Positions 7,564 through 15,888 of a stretch of 64,000 nucleotides of DNA are shown piece by piece (position 1 is the first letter of the stretch; each line of letters begins with the position of its first letter). Below the pieces are notes generated by a model. It made no database searches and was not told the origin of the DNA. It saw only the letters and a program-made list of their open reading frames with translations. Source of the DNA: Minisyncoccota bacterium (GTDB lineage: Bacteria; Patescibacteriota; Minisyncoccia; UBA6257); assembly GCA_028694995.1 (NCBI GenBank), contig JAQVJU010000002.1, forward strand, positions 2,046 to 66,045, written 5' to 3'. A program made the translations under genes and the position numbers.

Positions 7564-7652
7564 TTATCCACAAAAGACTTGACAAGGTTTTTATATTTGC
7601 TATACTAATAATGCTGTCGTTTTTGGCTTGCCAGAAGCGGCAGCATTTTTTT
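7564..7652 (+). repeat. Inter-cassette module copy 5
   Basis: TTATCCACA 7564-7572; TTGACA 7579-7584; TATACT 7601-7606; hairpin 7611-7646 identical to copy 4; T-run. Confidence 0.9.
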
Positions 7653-7744
7653 ATAATTCTTATTATTGACAAAAAGACAATAACAAGATATTATCTAAAT
7701 TAGATATTTAGTACTTTGAAAATTAAAAAAGGAGATATTAAAAA

Positions 7745-8113
7745 ATGAAAAGGAAATTGGTTTTAGGAGTTTTTGTATTTTTGATTTTAATTATTTTTTC
7801 TTGTTTTGCTAATGCTCAATATAATTTTCTTTCTGAACAATCAAATTGGGGAATTGAGCATTTAAAAGAAAAGTATCACATAAAAGATAAGCAAAATAAA
7901 GAAGAAATAATAGTAGAGGGTTTTATCTGGGGAGTTATCGTCCCAGAAAATGAGGGATATTCTTTTATAGAATATACAGAAATGATTGAGGATAAAGAAT
8001 ATATAATAACAGAAATAATTATAGAAAATCCTCAAGGGTCTATTAGGATAGTATGGGGACCAGGGGCACAGAATAATCCTTTAGACGTCCCTAAAATTAT
8101 AGTGAGGAGGTGA
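7745..8113 (+). CDS. Hypothetical exported protein
   Basis: Signal peptide (ANA-Q); promoter TTGACA 7666, N17, TATTAT 7689; GTACTTTGAAAATT 7711; SD AAGGAG. Confidence 0.7.
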   Translation: MKRKLVLGVFVFLILIIFSCFANAQYNFLSEQSNWGIEHLKEKYHIKDKQNKEEIIVEGFIWGVIVPENEGYSFIEYTEMIEDKEYIITEIIIENPQGSIRIVWGPGAQNNPLDVPKIIVRR

Positions 8114-8119
8114 AAAGAA

Positions 8120-8398
8120 ATGAGAGATGAAATGAAAGAATTTCTATTCGTATGGATAGGGATTCTGGCTATTGTAGGATTGGTTTCCAAATTTGTCCAT
8201 GGCCTATATATAAGAACAGTTCTTAGTTTTCTGGAAAAATATATGGATACATCATTGGCCATGACATTGTTTTGGATTGGGTGGTTATTCTTTCTTTTGC
8301 TGGTTTATAACATTTACGTGAATATTACCCTTTACGACAATTGGGATTGGGAAAAAAATAAAATAAAAGATTGGGAAGAAAAAAGAAAAAGGAGGTAA
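8120..8398 (+). CDS. Hypothetical two-TM membrane protein
   Basis: SD GAGGAGGTGA; two hydrophobic segments. Confidence 0.65.
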   Translation: MRDEMKEFLFVWIGILAIVGLVSKFVHGLYIRTVLSFLEKYMDTSLAMTLFWIGWLFFLLLVYNIYVNITLYDNWDWEKNKIKDWEEKRKRR

Positions 8399-8403
8399 GG
8401 ATT

Positions 8404-8733
8404 TTGAAGAACAGGATAGATAAAGTTCCTAATATTGAGGTTGTAATAGAGGATAGGGAGAGAAATAAAAAAATTGTCATTGCTCAATATCCTAAATCAA
8501 TTATTCTACCTGAAAGTTACTGTGAGGATATGGCAGAGGTAATTTTTTCTTTTTTGAAAAAAAATACCGGCAAATTTACTGGTAAGATAAAGAAAGATTT
8601 TAAGAACTTTGTTTTTTACGAAAAAATGGTAAATAAACAACCATTTGAAGTAAAAAACAACAATAATAATTTTAAAAAAAGGAAGACAAAATATAGGAAT
8701 AGTAAAAAACTAACCTTCTTAAGAAAGAGATAG
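8404..8733 (+). CDS. Hypothetical basic protein (probable TTG start)
   Basis: SD AGGAGGT at 8390-8396 precedes an in-frame TTG at 8404. Confidence 0.55.
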   Translation: MKNRIDKVPNIEVVIEDRERNKKIVIAQYPKSIILPESYCEDMAEVIFSFLKKNTGKFTGKIKKDFKNFVFYEKMVNKQPFEVKNNNNNFKKRKTKYRNSKKLTFLRKR

Positions 8734-8752
8734 AATGGAATTATTAAAAAGT

Positions 8753-8785
8753 ATAGGGCTGATATTGTTATCAGCCCTGTTTTTT
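8753..8785 (+). terminator. Intrinsic terminator closing the cassette array
   Basis: ATAGGGCTGATA-TTGT-TATCAGCCCTGTTTTTT. Confidence 0.8.
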
Positions 8786-8826
8786 ATTATAATAATAAGA
8801 GAATCTAAAATTGTAATTAACATATT

Positions 8827-9891
8827 ATGAATTTATCAATTGGAATTGTGGGTTTGCCAAATGTGGGAAAATCTACTCTTTTTGAGATTATTACTAAAAA
8901 ACAAGTAGATAGGGAAAATTATCCTTTTTGTACGATAGAGCCTAATGTTGGTGTGGTGGCAGTGCCTGATATTCGGGTTGATAAATTAGCTCATTTAAAT
9001 CAATCAGAAAAAAAGATCTATACCACTGTAGAGTTTGTTGATATTGCTGGATTAGTTAAAGGAGCAAGTAAAGGAGAGGGTTTGGGTAATCAGTTTTTAG
9101 CTCAAATCAGAGAAACTGATGAGATTGTTTGCGTTTTAAGATGTTTTCAAAATGATAAAATTGTTAATACCTTGGATCAAATAGATCCATTATTGGAAAA
9201 AGAGATTTTAGAAACAGAATTGATTTTAAAAGATTTAGAAACAGTTAATAAAAGATTGACTTCTTTAGAAAAAGAAATCAAAACAGGAAAAAAAAGCATG
9301 ATGGAAGAAGAAAGAATATTAGCTAAGGCACAGGATTTATTGCAACAAGGCCAGATTCTTTTTGAACAAGAGTGGGAAGAAGAGGAAAAGAAAGTTCTTG
9401 AAACTTATCAATTATTAACATTAAAACCTAGATTGTATTTGTTAAATGGACAAGAGAGTGAAGTACCAGCTCATATCTTAGAAACTTTTAATAAGAATAA
9501 TTGGCCATATTTAATTATGGATGTGGCCATGGAATTAGAAACCATAGATTTATCTGAAAGCGATAGAATAGATCTTGGGTTATCGCCTCAATCAGAAATT
9601 AATACCTTGATTCAATCAACATACAAGTTATTGGATTTAATAACTTTTTTTACTATTGAATCTAATCAAACCAGAGCTTGGATTTTATTAAAAGGATTAA
9701 AAGCTCCTGATGCTGGGGGAGTAATTCATACAGATTTTCAAGAAAAATTCATTAAGGCTGAGATTATTAATTGGGAAAAACTATTAGAAGCTGGTTCTTG
9801 GAGTTTAGCTAGACAAAAAGGCTGGCTTCAATTAGAAGGTAAGGATTATGTGGTTCAAGATGGTGATGTGATTGTGTTTAAGCATGGATAA
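8827..9891 (+). CDS. ychF: Obg-family ATPase YchF
   Basis: GIVGLPNVGKSTLF, YPFCTIEPN, DIAGLVKGASKGEGLGNQFL; TGS C-terminus. Confidence 0.95.
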   Translation: MNLSIGIVGLPNVGKSTLFEIITKKQVDRENYPFCTIEPNVGVVAVPDIRVDKLAHLNQSEKKIYTTVEFVDIAGLVKGASKGEGLGNQFLAQIRETDEIVCVLRCFQNDKIVNTLDQIDPLLEKEILETELILKDLETVNKRLTSLEKEIKTGKKSMMEEERILAKAQDLLQQGQILFEQEWEEEEKKVLETYQLLTLKPRLYLLNGQESEVPAHILETFNKNNWPYLIMDVAMELETIDLSESDRIDLGLSPQSEINTLIQSTYKLLDLITFFTIESNQTRAWILLKGLKAPDAGGVIHTDFQEKFIKAEIINWEKLLEAGSWSLARQKGWLQLEGKDYVVQDGDVIVFKHG

Positions 9892-10159
9892 GATAATTGC
9901 AAAAAGATATTTGTTCTATGGAAAAGTCCAAGGAGTGGGTTTTAGAGCCATAACAAAATGGTTAGCTCGGAAATACAATATCTTTGGTTGGGTTAAGAAT
10001 AATGATGATGGCAGTGTTGATTTATTTATTGAGGGTAAGGAAAAAGATATGAATAAATTTATTAATCACCTAAAAGGATTTTTAAAAGATAATATTGAAG
10101 AAATACAAGAAAAGAAAGAAAAAGAACAAGGATTTAAAGAATTTAAAATACTGTTATAA
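9884..10159 (+). CDS. acyP: Acylphosphatase
   Basis: GKVQGVGFR and GWVKN..DGSV motifs; start moved to ATG 9884. Confidence 0.9.
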   Translation: MDKIIAKRYLFYGKVQGVGFRAITKWLARKYNIFGWVKNNDDGSVDLFIEGKEKDMNKFINHLKGFLKDNIEEIQEKKEKEQGFKEFKILL

Positions 10160-10160
10160 A

Positions 10161-10520
10161 ATGAAAAAAGGAACAAGCTTGTTTACTTGGACTAAGCATT
10201 CTGAAGCAAAATTAAAACAATACATGCTTTCTGAAAGCAGGGTAAAGAGAGTTATTAGAAATCCTTTAAGAGTAGAAAAGGGAATTGCGCCTAATACCTT
10301 GGCTTCAATGCAAAAAGCTGGGTCAAAGAAACACCCATATGAAATTTGGACAATGTATGTGATTGAAAATGCTAAATCTAGAGATGAAAAATTAAGACCT
10401 AAGACAATAAAAGTTATTAGTGCTTGGAAATATCCAGGTATTACTCAACCTGGAGATCCAATTCCAATTCCCCCTGACATATTTGAAGAAATAATAAAAA
10501 GCATGAAATTGCAAAATTAA
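10161..10520 (+). CDS. Hypothetical protein (DUF4258/RelE-fold-like)
   Basis: WTKHS..K.....LSESRVKRVIRNP and KVISAWKYPG; start moved to ATG 10161. Confidence 0.6.
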   Translation: MKKGTSLFTWTKHSEAKLKQYMLSESRVKRVIRNPLRVEKGIAPNTLASMQKAGSKKHPYEIWTMYVIENAKSRDEKLRPKTIKVISAWKYPGITQPGDPIPIPPDIFEEIIKSMKLQN

Positions 10521-11231
10521 ATGGAAAAAGAGAAATTTGAACAATTAGTAAGTCAGTCTTTAAAGAAAATCCCTTACAACTTTTTGAATAAAATGGAAAA
10601 TATTGCTATAGTAGTACAGGATGAGCCAACAGAATTTCAAAAAGAAAAATTAGGATATATAGATGGTAATTGTTTATTAGGTCTTTATGAAGGAGTGCCT
10701 CAAATCAAAAGAGGATATTATTATCAAGCTGTGCCTGATAAAATCACCTTTTTTAAAAACAATATTGAAAGAGTGGCTAATAAAAAGGAAGAAAGAATAA
10801 AAGAAATAATAGAAGAAACAGTTTGGCATGAGATTGGACATCATTTTGGCCTAGATGAAGATGAAATTAAAGAGCATATAAAAAGAAAAAAACCATTTTC
10901 AGATAAAAAAATGATTAATTTTAAAGAATTTGAACAATTAGATTTGCGAATTGCAAAAATATTAAAAGCAGAAAAATTAGAAGGTACTGATAAGTTGCTT
11001 GTTTTAGAGATAGATTTAGGAGAAGAGAAAAGACAAATCATTGCAGGTATTGGTCATCAATACAAACCAGAATTATTAATTAATAAAAAGATAGTGGTGG
11101 TGGCTAATCTAGAACCCAGGGAAATAAAAGGCAAATTAAGCCAAGGAATGCTTTTGGCTGTTGATACCTCTCAAGGACCAGTATTATTAATTCCTGAAGG
11201 TGAAGTTTTGCCAGGCAGTAAGGTAAAATAA
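10521..11231 (+). CDS. Fusion of a minimal zincin metallopeptidase and a tRNA-binding (Trbp111/CsaA/MetRS C-terminal) domain
   Basis: LLGLYEG..HEIGHHFG, then FEQLDLRIAKI..DKLL..RQIIAGI..NLEPR..SQGMLL. Confidence 0.8.
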   Translation: MEKEKFEQLVSQSLKKIPYNFLNKMENIAIVVQDEPTEFQKEKLGYIDGNCLLGLYEGVPQIKRGYYYQAVPDKITFFKNNIERVANKKEERIKEIIEETVWHEIGHHFGLDEDEIKEHIKRKKPFSDKKMINFKEFEQLDLRIAKILKAEKLEGTDKLLVLEIDLGEEKRQIIAGIGHQYKPELLINKKIVVVANLEPREIKGKLSQGMLLAVDTSQGPVLLIPEGEVLPGSKVK

Positions 11232-11244
11232 AGGATATTAATTT

Positions 11245-12099
11245 ATGAAGAAAAAGGTATATATTATTAACAAATCAGGAGAAAAAGAACTGTTTTCCAA
11301 ACAAAAAGTTTACAATAGCGCTCGGAGAGTTGGCGCCTCAAAAGAATTAGCCGAATCAATTGCCACAACGATTAGAAAAGAAATCTTTCCAGGTATGACC
11401 ACTTTTGAGATTTATGAAAGAGTGGAAGAGATATTAGATAAAGAATATCCTAAAGGTAGTATTCGTTTTCGTTTAAAAGAAGCCATTATGGCCTTAGGAC
11501 CAAGTGGTTTTCCTTTTGAAAAATATATTGGAGATGTTTTACAAAGAATGGGTTTTAAAGTAGAGCTTAATCAATATGTTGATGGAGCTTGTGTCACTCA
11601 TGAAGTAGATGTTGTGGCCGTAGAAAAAAAATATTGTTTGATAGGAGAATGTAAATATCATACCTTGCCTGGGAAAAAAACAGATTTAAGAATTGGTTTA
11701 CATCATTATGCTCGTTGTCTAGATATTGAATTAGGAGATTATTGTAAAAAAAAGTTTAAAAATCTTAAACCAAGGCCAATTATTATTACTAATAATAAAT
11801 TCACTAACCAATTGTTAAAGTATGCTGAATGTGTTGGTTTAGATTTATTAGGTTGGAAATATCCTCGAGGCACTGGGTTAGAATATATTGTAGAATCAGA
11901 ACAGTTTTATCCTATTACCATCTTACCTTCTTTTAAAGATGAGTTATTAGAAGCGTTTTCTAAAGAGAAGATAATGCTAGCTCAGGAATTATTAAATATG
12001 GAGGTGACAGAATGTGCAAAAAAATTACAAGTTTCTAAACAAAAAATCTCTACTCTTAAAAAAGAAGCAGAGATTTTGTTTGCAAAAAACAGCTTTTAG
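11245..12099 (+). CDS. ATP-cone domain + PD-(D/E)XK (Mrr-like) nuclease domain protein
   Basis: N-terminal KSGEKELFSKQKV ATP cone; GFPFEKY, EVDV and ECKYH. Confidence 0.75.
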   Translation: MKKKVYIINKSGEKELFSKQKVYNSARRVGASKELAESIATTIRKEIFPGMTTFEIYERVEEILDKEYPKGSIRFRLKEAIMALGPSGFPFEKYIGDVLQRMGFKVELNQYVDGACVTHEVDVVAVEKKYCLIGECKYHTLPGKKTDLRIGLHHYARCLDIELGDYCKKKFKNLKPRPIIITNNKFTNQLLKYAECVGLDLLGWKYPRGTGLEYIVESEQFYPITILPSFKDELLEAFSKEKIMLAQELLNMEVTECAKKLQVSKQKISTLKKEAEILFAKNSF

Positions 12100-12101
12100 A
12101 T

Positions 12102-12184
12102 AAAAAAATGCTGTTGACTTGAAGAGCAAGCTCATCTAATCAACAGCACCTTTATTGTATCAAATGGAGAATGTTTGTCAAGTC
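12102..12184 (-). ncRNA. Diverged sixth copy of the promoter + CUUG hairpin small RNA (no DnaA box)
   Basis: Minus strand reads GACTTGACA-N16-(TGa)TACAAT-aaag-GTGCTGTTGATTAGATGAG-CTTG-CTCTTCAAGTCAACAGCAT-TTTTTT. Confidence 0.8.
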
Positions 12185-12204
12185 AAATAACTATTATAAA
12201 AATT

Positions 12205-14625
12205 ATGAAGAAAAAATACATTTTATGGTTTAAAGAAATAGGCATTAAAGATGTCTTAGATGTTGGTGGTAAAAACGGATCTTTAGGAGAGATGTATAAT
12301 AGCCTTTCTAAAAAAGGAGTTAATATTCCTAATGGTTTTGCTCTAACCTCGGCTGCTTATTGGCATTTTATTAAAGAAAACAATTTTGAAAAACAATTAA
12401 AAGATATTTTTGCTGGTTTTAATCCAAAGAGTATAAAGAGCTTACAAGAAATTGGTAGAAAATCTAGAAGACTTATCTTAAGTGGAAAATTTCCTGAAGA
12501 TTTGAAAAAAGAAATCTTCAAAGCCTATAAAACATTAGAAAAAAAATATGGCAAAAATTGTGAAACAGCAGTGAGGTCTTCTGGAGTAGCAGAAGATTCT
12601 CCCAGGGATTCTTTTGCTGGTCAATTTGAAACATTCTTAAATGTTAAAGGCGAAGAAGATTTATTAATTGCTATTAGGAAATGCTTGGCTTCTTCTTTTA
12701 ATGATCGAGTGATTACTTATCGGGAAGAGAAAAAACTTTCTCATTTTAAATTTGCTCTTTCAATTGGCGTGCAAAAGATGGTTAGATCAGATTTATCTTC
12801 TTCGGGCATTATGTTTACCTTAGACACAGAATCAGGTTTTCCTAATATTATTTTGATTAATTCTATCTATGGTTTAGGAGAAATGATTGTTAAGGGATTG
12901 ATTACGCCAGATGAATTTTATGTTTTTAAACCAACCTTGGCTCAAGGTTATGAAGCGATTATTAGAAAAGATTTAGGCAGGAAAACAAAAAAATACATTT
13001 ATGATAAAAAGGGAGGCATTAAAGAAATGCCTGTTTCTCTAAAAGACCAAGAAAAGTTTTCTTTAAATGATAAAGAAATTTTAACCTTGGCTAAGTGGGG
13101 AGTAATTATTGAAGATTACTATTCCAAATTGAATAAAAGATGGATGCCTCAGGATATTGAATGGGCTAAGGATGGTAAAACAGGAGAATTATTCATTGTT
13201 CAATCAAGGCCAGAAACAGTTCATGCAGTCAGATCAAATATTTATCAAGAATATAAACTTAAAACAACAAAAAAACCCTTTTTAACTGGAATTGCTATTG
13301 GTAATAAGATAGGCACAGGCAAGGTAAGAGTGGTTACTAGTGTTTCCAAACTTTCTGAATTTAAAAAAGGAGAGGTTTTAGTCACTAAGATGACAGACCC
13401 AGATTGGACCTCTGTGTTTCCAATGGCTTCAGCCATTATTACTGATGAAGGCAGTAAGACTTGTCATGCCGCTATTATCTCTAGGGAATTAGGCGTGCCT
13501 TGTATTGTTGGTGCTCGGGAAGCCACTAAGAAATTAAAAAATGGGCAAGAGGTAACTGTTGATTGCACTCAGGGATTAGATGGCAGGATTTTTGATGGCA
13601 AGGTATCATTTGAAATTAAAGAATACAATTTTAAGAAATTCCCAAAGGTAAAAACCAAGATTATGATGAATGTTGGCGCTCCTGAAATTGCTTTTTCATC
13701 TTCATTTTTGCCCAATGAAGGTGTAGGATTGGCTAGAGAAGAATTTATCATAGCTGAAAAAATCAGAATTCATCCTTTGGCTTTGTATCATTATATGAAA
13801 CTTAAAAAAGAGAATACAAAGATTAAAGATAAATCTCAAAAAGCAAAGATGGATAGAATTATTCATCAAATAGAAAAATTAACTATTGAGCATAAAGATA
13901 AGAAAGAATATTTTATTAAAGAATTAGCAGAAGGCATTGCTCAAATCGGAGCGGCTTTTTATCCGAAAGAAGTGATAGTGAGGTTTTCTGATTTTAAAAC
14001 CAATGAATATCGTAATTTAATAGGAGGGGAATTGTATGAAGGAGAAGAAGCTAATCCAATGTTAGGCTTTAGAGGCGCTTGTCGCTATATTGACCCTCAG
14101 TTTAAACCAGCTTTCTTAATGGAATGCGAGGCGATTAAAAGAGCAAGAGAGGTATTTGGTTTAAAAAATATTTCAATCATGGTTCCATTTTGTCGAACCA
14201 TAAAAGAGGGCAAAGCTTCAAAAAAATTAATTCAAGAATCAGGTTTGTTAAGTAATAGCCAACCACCTAAGCTATATGTAATGTGTGAGATTCCTTCTAA
14301 TGTTATCTTAGTAGAAGAATTCCTTGATATTTTTGATGGCATGAGTATTGGTTCAAATGATTTAACTCAATTAGCCCTTGGTATTGATCGAGATAATGCA
14401 GTTATTCAAAAGATAGGTGATGAAAGAGATGAAACAGTAAAGAGAATGATTGCGACTGTAATTAAAGCCTGTAAGAGAAGAAAGAAATATGTAGGCATTT
14501 GCGGTCAGGCCCCAAGTGATTTTATGGATTTTGCTAAATTCTTAGTAGAGCAGGGAATAGAAAGTATGTCTTTGAATCCAGATACAGTGATTAAAACTAT
14601 TTTAGAAATTAGTAAAATAAAATAG
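12205..14625 (+). CDS. ppsA: Phosphoenolpyruvate synthase
   Basis: VGGKNGSLGEM, AVRSS, TCHAAIISRELG, NPMLGFRG, SIGSNDLTQ; start moved to ATG 12205. Confidence 0.95.
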   Translation: MKKKYILWFKEIGIKDVLDVGGKNGSLGEMYNSLSKKGVNIPNGFALTSAAYWHFIKENNFEKQLKDIFAGFNPKSIKSLQEIGRKSRRLILSGKFPEDLKKEIFKAYKTLEKKYGKNCETAVRSSGVAEDSPRDSFAGQFETFLNVKGEEDLLIAIRKCLASSFNDRVITYREEKKLSHFKFALSIGVQKMVRSDLSSSGIMFTLDTESGFPNIILINSIYGLGEMIVKGLITPDEFYVFKPTLAQGYEAIIRKDLGRKTKKYIYDKKGGIKEMPVSLKDQEKFSLNDKEILTLAKWGVIIEDYYSKLNKRWMPQDIEWAKDGKTGELFIVQSRPETVHAVRSNIYQEYKLKTTKKPFLTGIAIGNKIGTGKVRVVTSVSKLSEFKKGEVLVTKMTDPDWTSVFPMASAIITDEGSKTCHAAIISRELGVPCIVGAREATKKLKNGQEVTVDCTQGLDGRIFDGKVSFEIKEYNFKKFPKVKTKIMMNVGAPEIAFSSSFLPNEGVGLAREEFIIAEKIRIHPLALYHYMKLKKENTKIKDKSQKAKMDRIIHQIEKLTIEHKDKKEYFIKELAEGIAQIGAAFYPKEVIVRFSDFKTNEYRNLIGGELYEGEEANPMLGFRGACRYIDPQFKPAFLMECEAIKRAREVFGLKNISIMVPFCRTIKEGKASKKLIQESGLLSNSQPPKLYVMCEIPSNVILVEEFLDIFDGMSIGSNDLTQLALGIDRDNAVIQKIGDERDETVKRMIATVIKACKRRKKYVGICGQAPSDFMDFAKFLVEQGIESMSLNPDTVIKTILEISKIK

Positions 14626-14670
14626 GTTGTATTGTTGGCTTTGTATTTTTGCAGATAATAAAAAATCATA

Positions 14671-15888
14671 ATGAAAATTGACAATATTTTTCTTAAAATA
14701 ATTTATGATTCAAGGGGTCAGGAGACTTTAAAGGCCATTATGAGAAGTGGGAACATTGAAGTTAGCTCTAGTGTGCCCCATGGAAAAAGTGTTGGCGAAA
14801 AAGAGGTTTTTGTAATGAATCCATATACCGCAGTGAGGAAATTTGAAAAAATTAAAGAGAGGATATTAAATGTTGAATTTGCTGATATTAATGACTTTGA
14901 TGGATTTTTATTAGAATTAGATGGCACAAAGAATAAATCTGCTTTTGGGGGAAATTTGATTTTAGTTTTATCACAAGCTTTTTGTTATTTAGCGGCTAAA
15001 AAAGAAAAATTAGAGCTTTGGCAATATTTAGAAAAATACATTTCAATCAAAGGTAAAAGAAAAGATTTACCTTTGTTTTTATTTAATTTAATTAATGGAG
15101 GCCAGCATGCTGTTTCTGGACCTAGGATTCAAGAATATATGATTGTGCCTCAGATAAAAGATTTGAAAGTTTGTTTGGAAACAGCACAAATATTCTTTGC
15201 GGGTTTAAAAGAATATTTTAAAAAAGAATTTGGTAAAAATGTATTTGGTGATGAAGGAGGTTTGATAATGCTAGGTGAAGACTATACAAAACCTTTGGAA
15301 ATTTTTGAAGAAATTAGAGATCAATTAAATTTAAAAGATAAAATAAGATTTTCTTTAGATGTGGCTGCTGATTCTTTTTATAATAGAGAAAAGGAGAAAT
15401 ATGAAATTAAAGAAGATAAAAGTGTTTCTCAAAAAGAATTATTAGAGATTTATACAAAACTGATTACTCGTTTTGATATTTTATCAATAGAAGACCCATT
15501 TGAAGAAAATGATTTTGAAGGTTTTAAGGCTTTAGCAACAAACAGGAAAATTAAAACCATTATTATTGGTGATGATTTAACAGCGACTAATTATGAAGTA
15601 TTGGAAAAGGCAATTAAATTAAAAGCCATTAATGGGGTAATTATTAAACCGACTCAGATTGGGACTATTTCTGAAACATTAAAAACTATTAATTTAGCTA
15701 TTAAGAATAAAATTAAAATTATTATCAGTCATCGGAGTGCAGAAACTGAAGATAATTTTATTGCTGATTTAGCTTGGGCTAGTAGAGCCTGGGCTTTAAA
15801 ATCTGGGGCTCCACAGCCAGAAGAAAGAATGGTAAAATACAATAGATTAATCCAAATTTCAAATTATGAAAAAAATCATCTTCTTTGA
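14671..15888 (+). CDS. eno: Enolase
   Basis: DSRG, GDEGG, SIEDPF, GDDL, SHRSAET, ERMVKYN. Confidence 0.92.
   Translation: MKIDNIFLKIIYDSRGQETLKAIMRSGNIEVSSSVPHGKSVGEKEVFVMNPYTAVRKFEKIKERILNVEFADINDFDGFLLELDGTKNKSAFGGNLILVLSQAFCYLAAKKEKLELWQYLEKYISIKGKRKDLPLFLFNLINGGQHAVSGPRIQEYMIVPQIKDLKVCLETAQIFFAGLKEYFKKEFGKNVFGDEGGLIMLGEDYTKPLEIFEEIRDQLNLKDKIRFSLDVAADSFYNREKEKYEIKEDKSVSQKELLEIYTKLITRFDILSIEDPFEENDFEGFKALATNRKIKTIIIGDDLTATNYEVLEKAIKLKAINGVIIKPTQIGTISETLKTINLAIKNKIKIIISHRSAETEDNFIADLAWASRAWALKSGAPQPEERMVKYNRLIQISNYEKNHLL

Noticed and set aside
51-7652. Module repeats as a CRISPR array
   Set aside because: The intervals are 0.7-2.9 kb and contain genes, the repeats are ~90 bp with promoters, and there are no cas genes.
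51-7652. Module hairpins as integron attC sites
   Set aside because: No RYYYAAC/GTTRRRY ends and no IntI. Variation is G.U-preserving on one strand and coupled to a promoter, which fits RNA.
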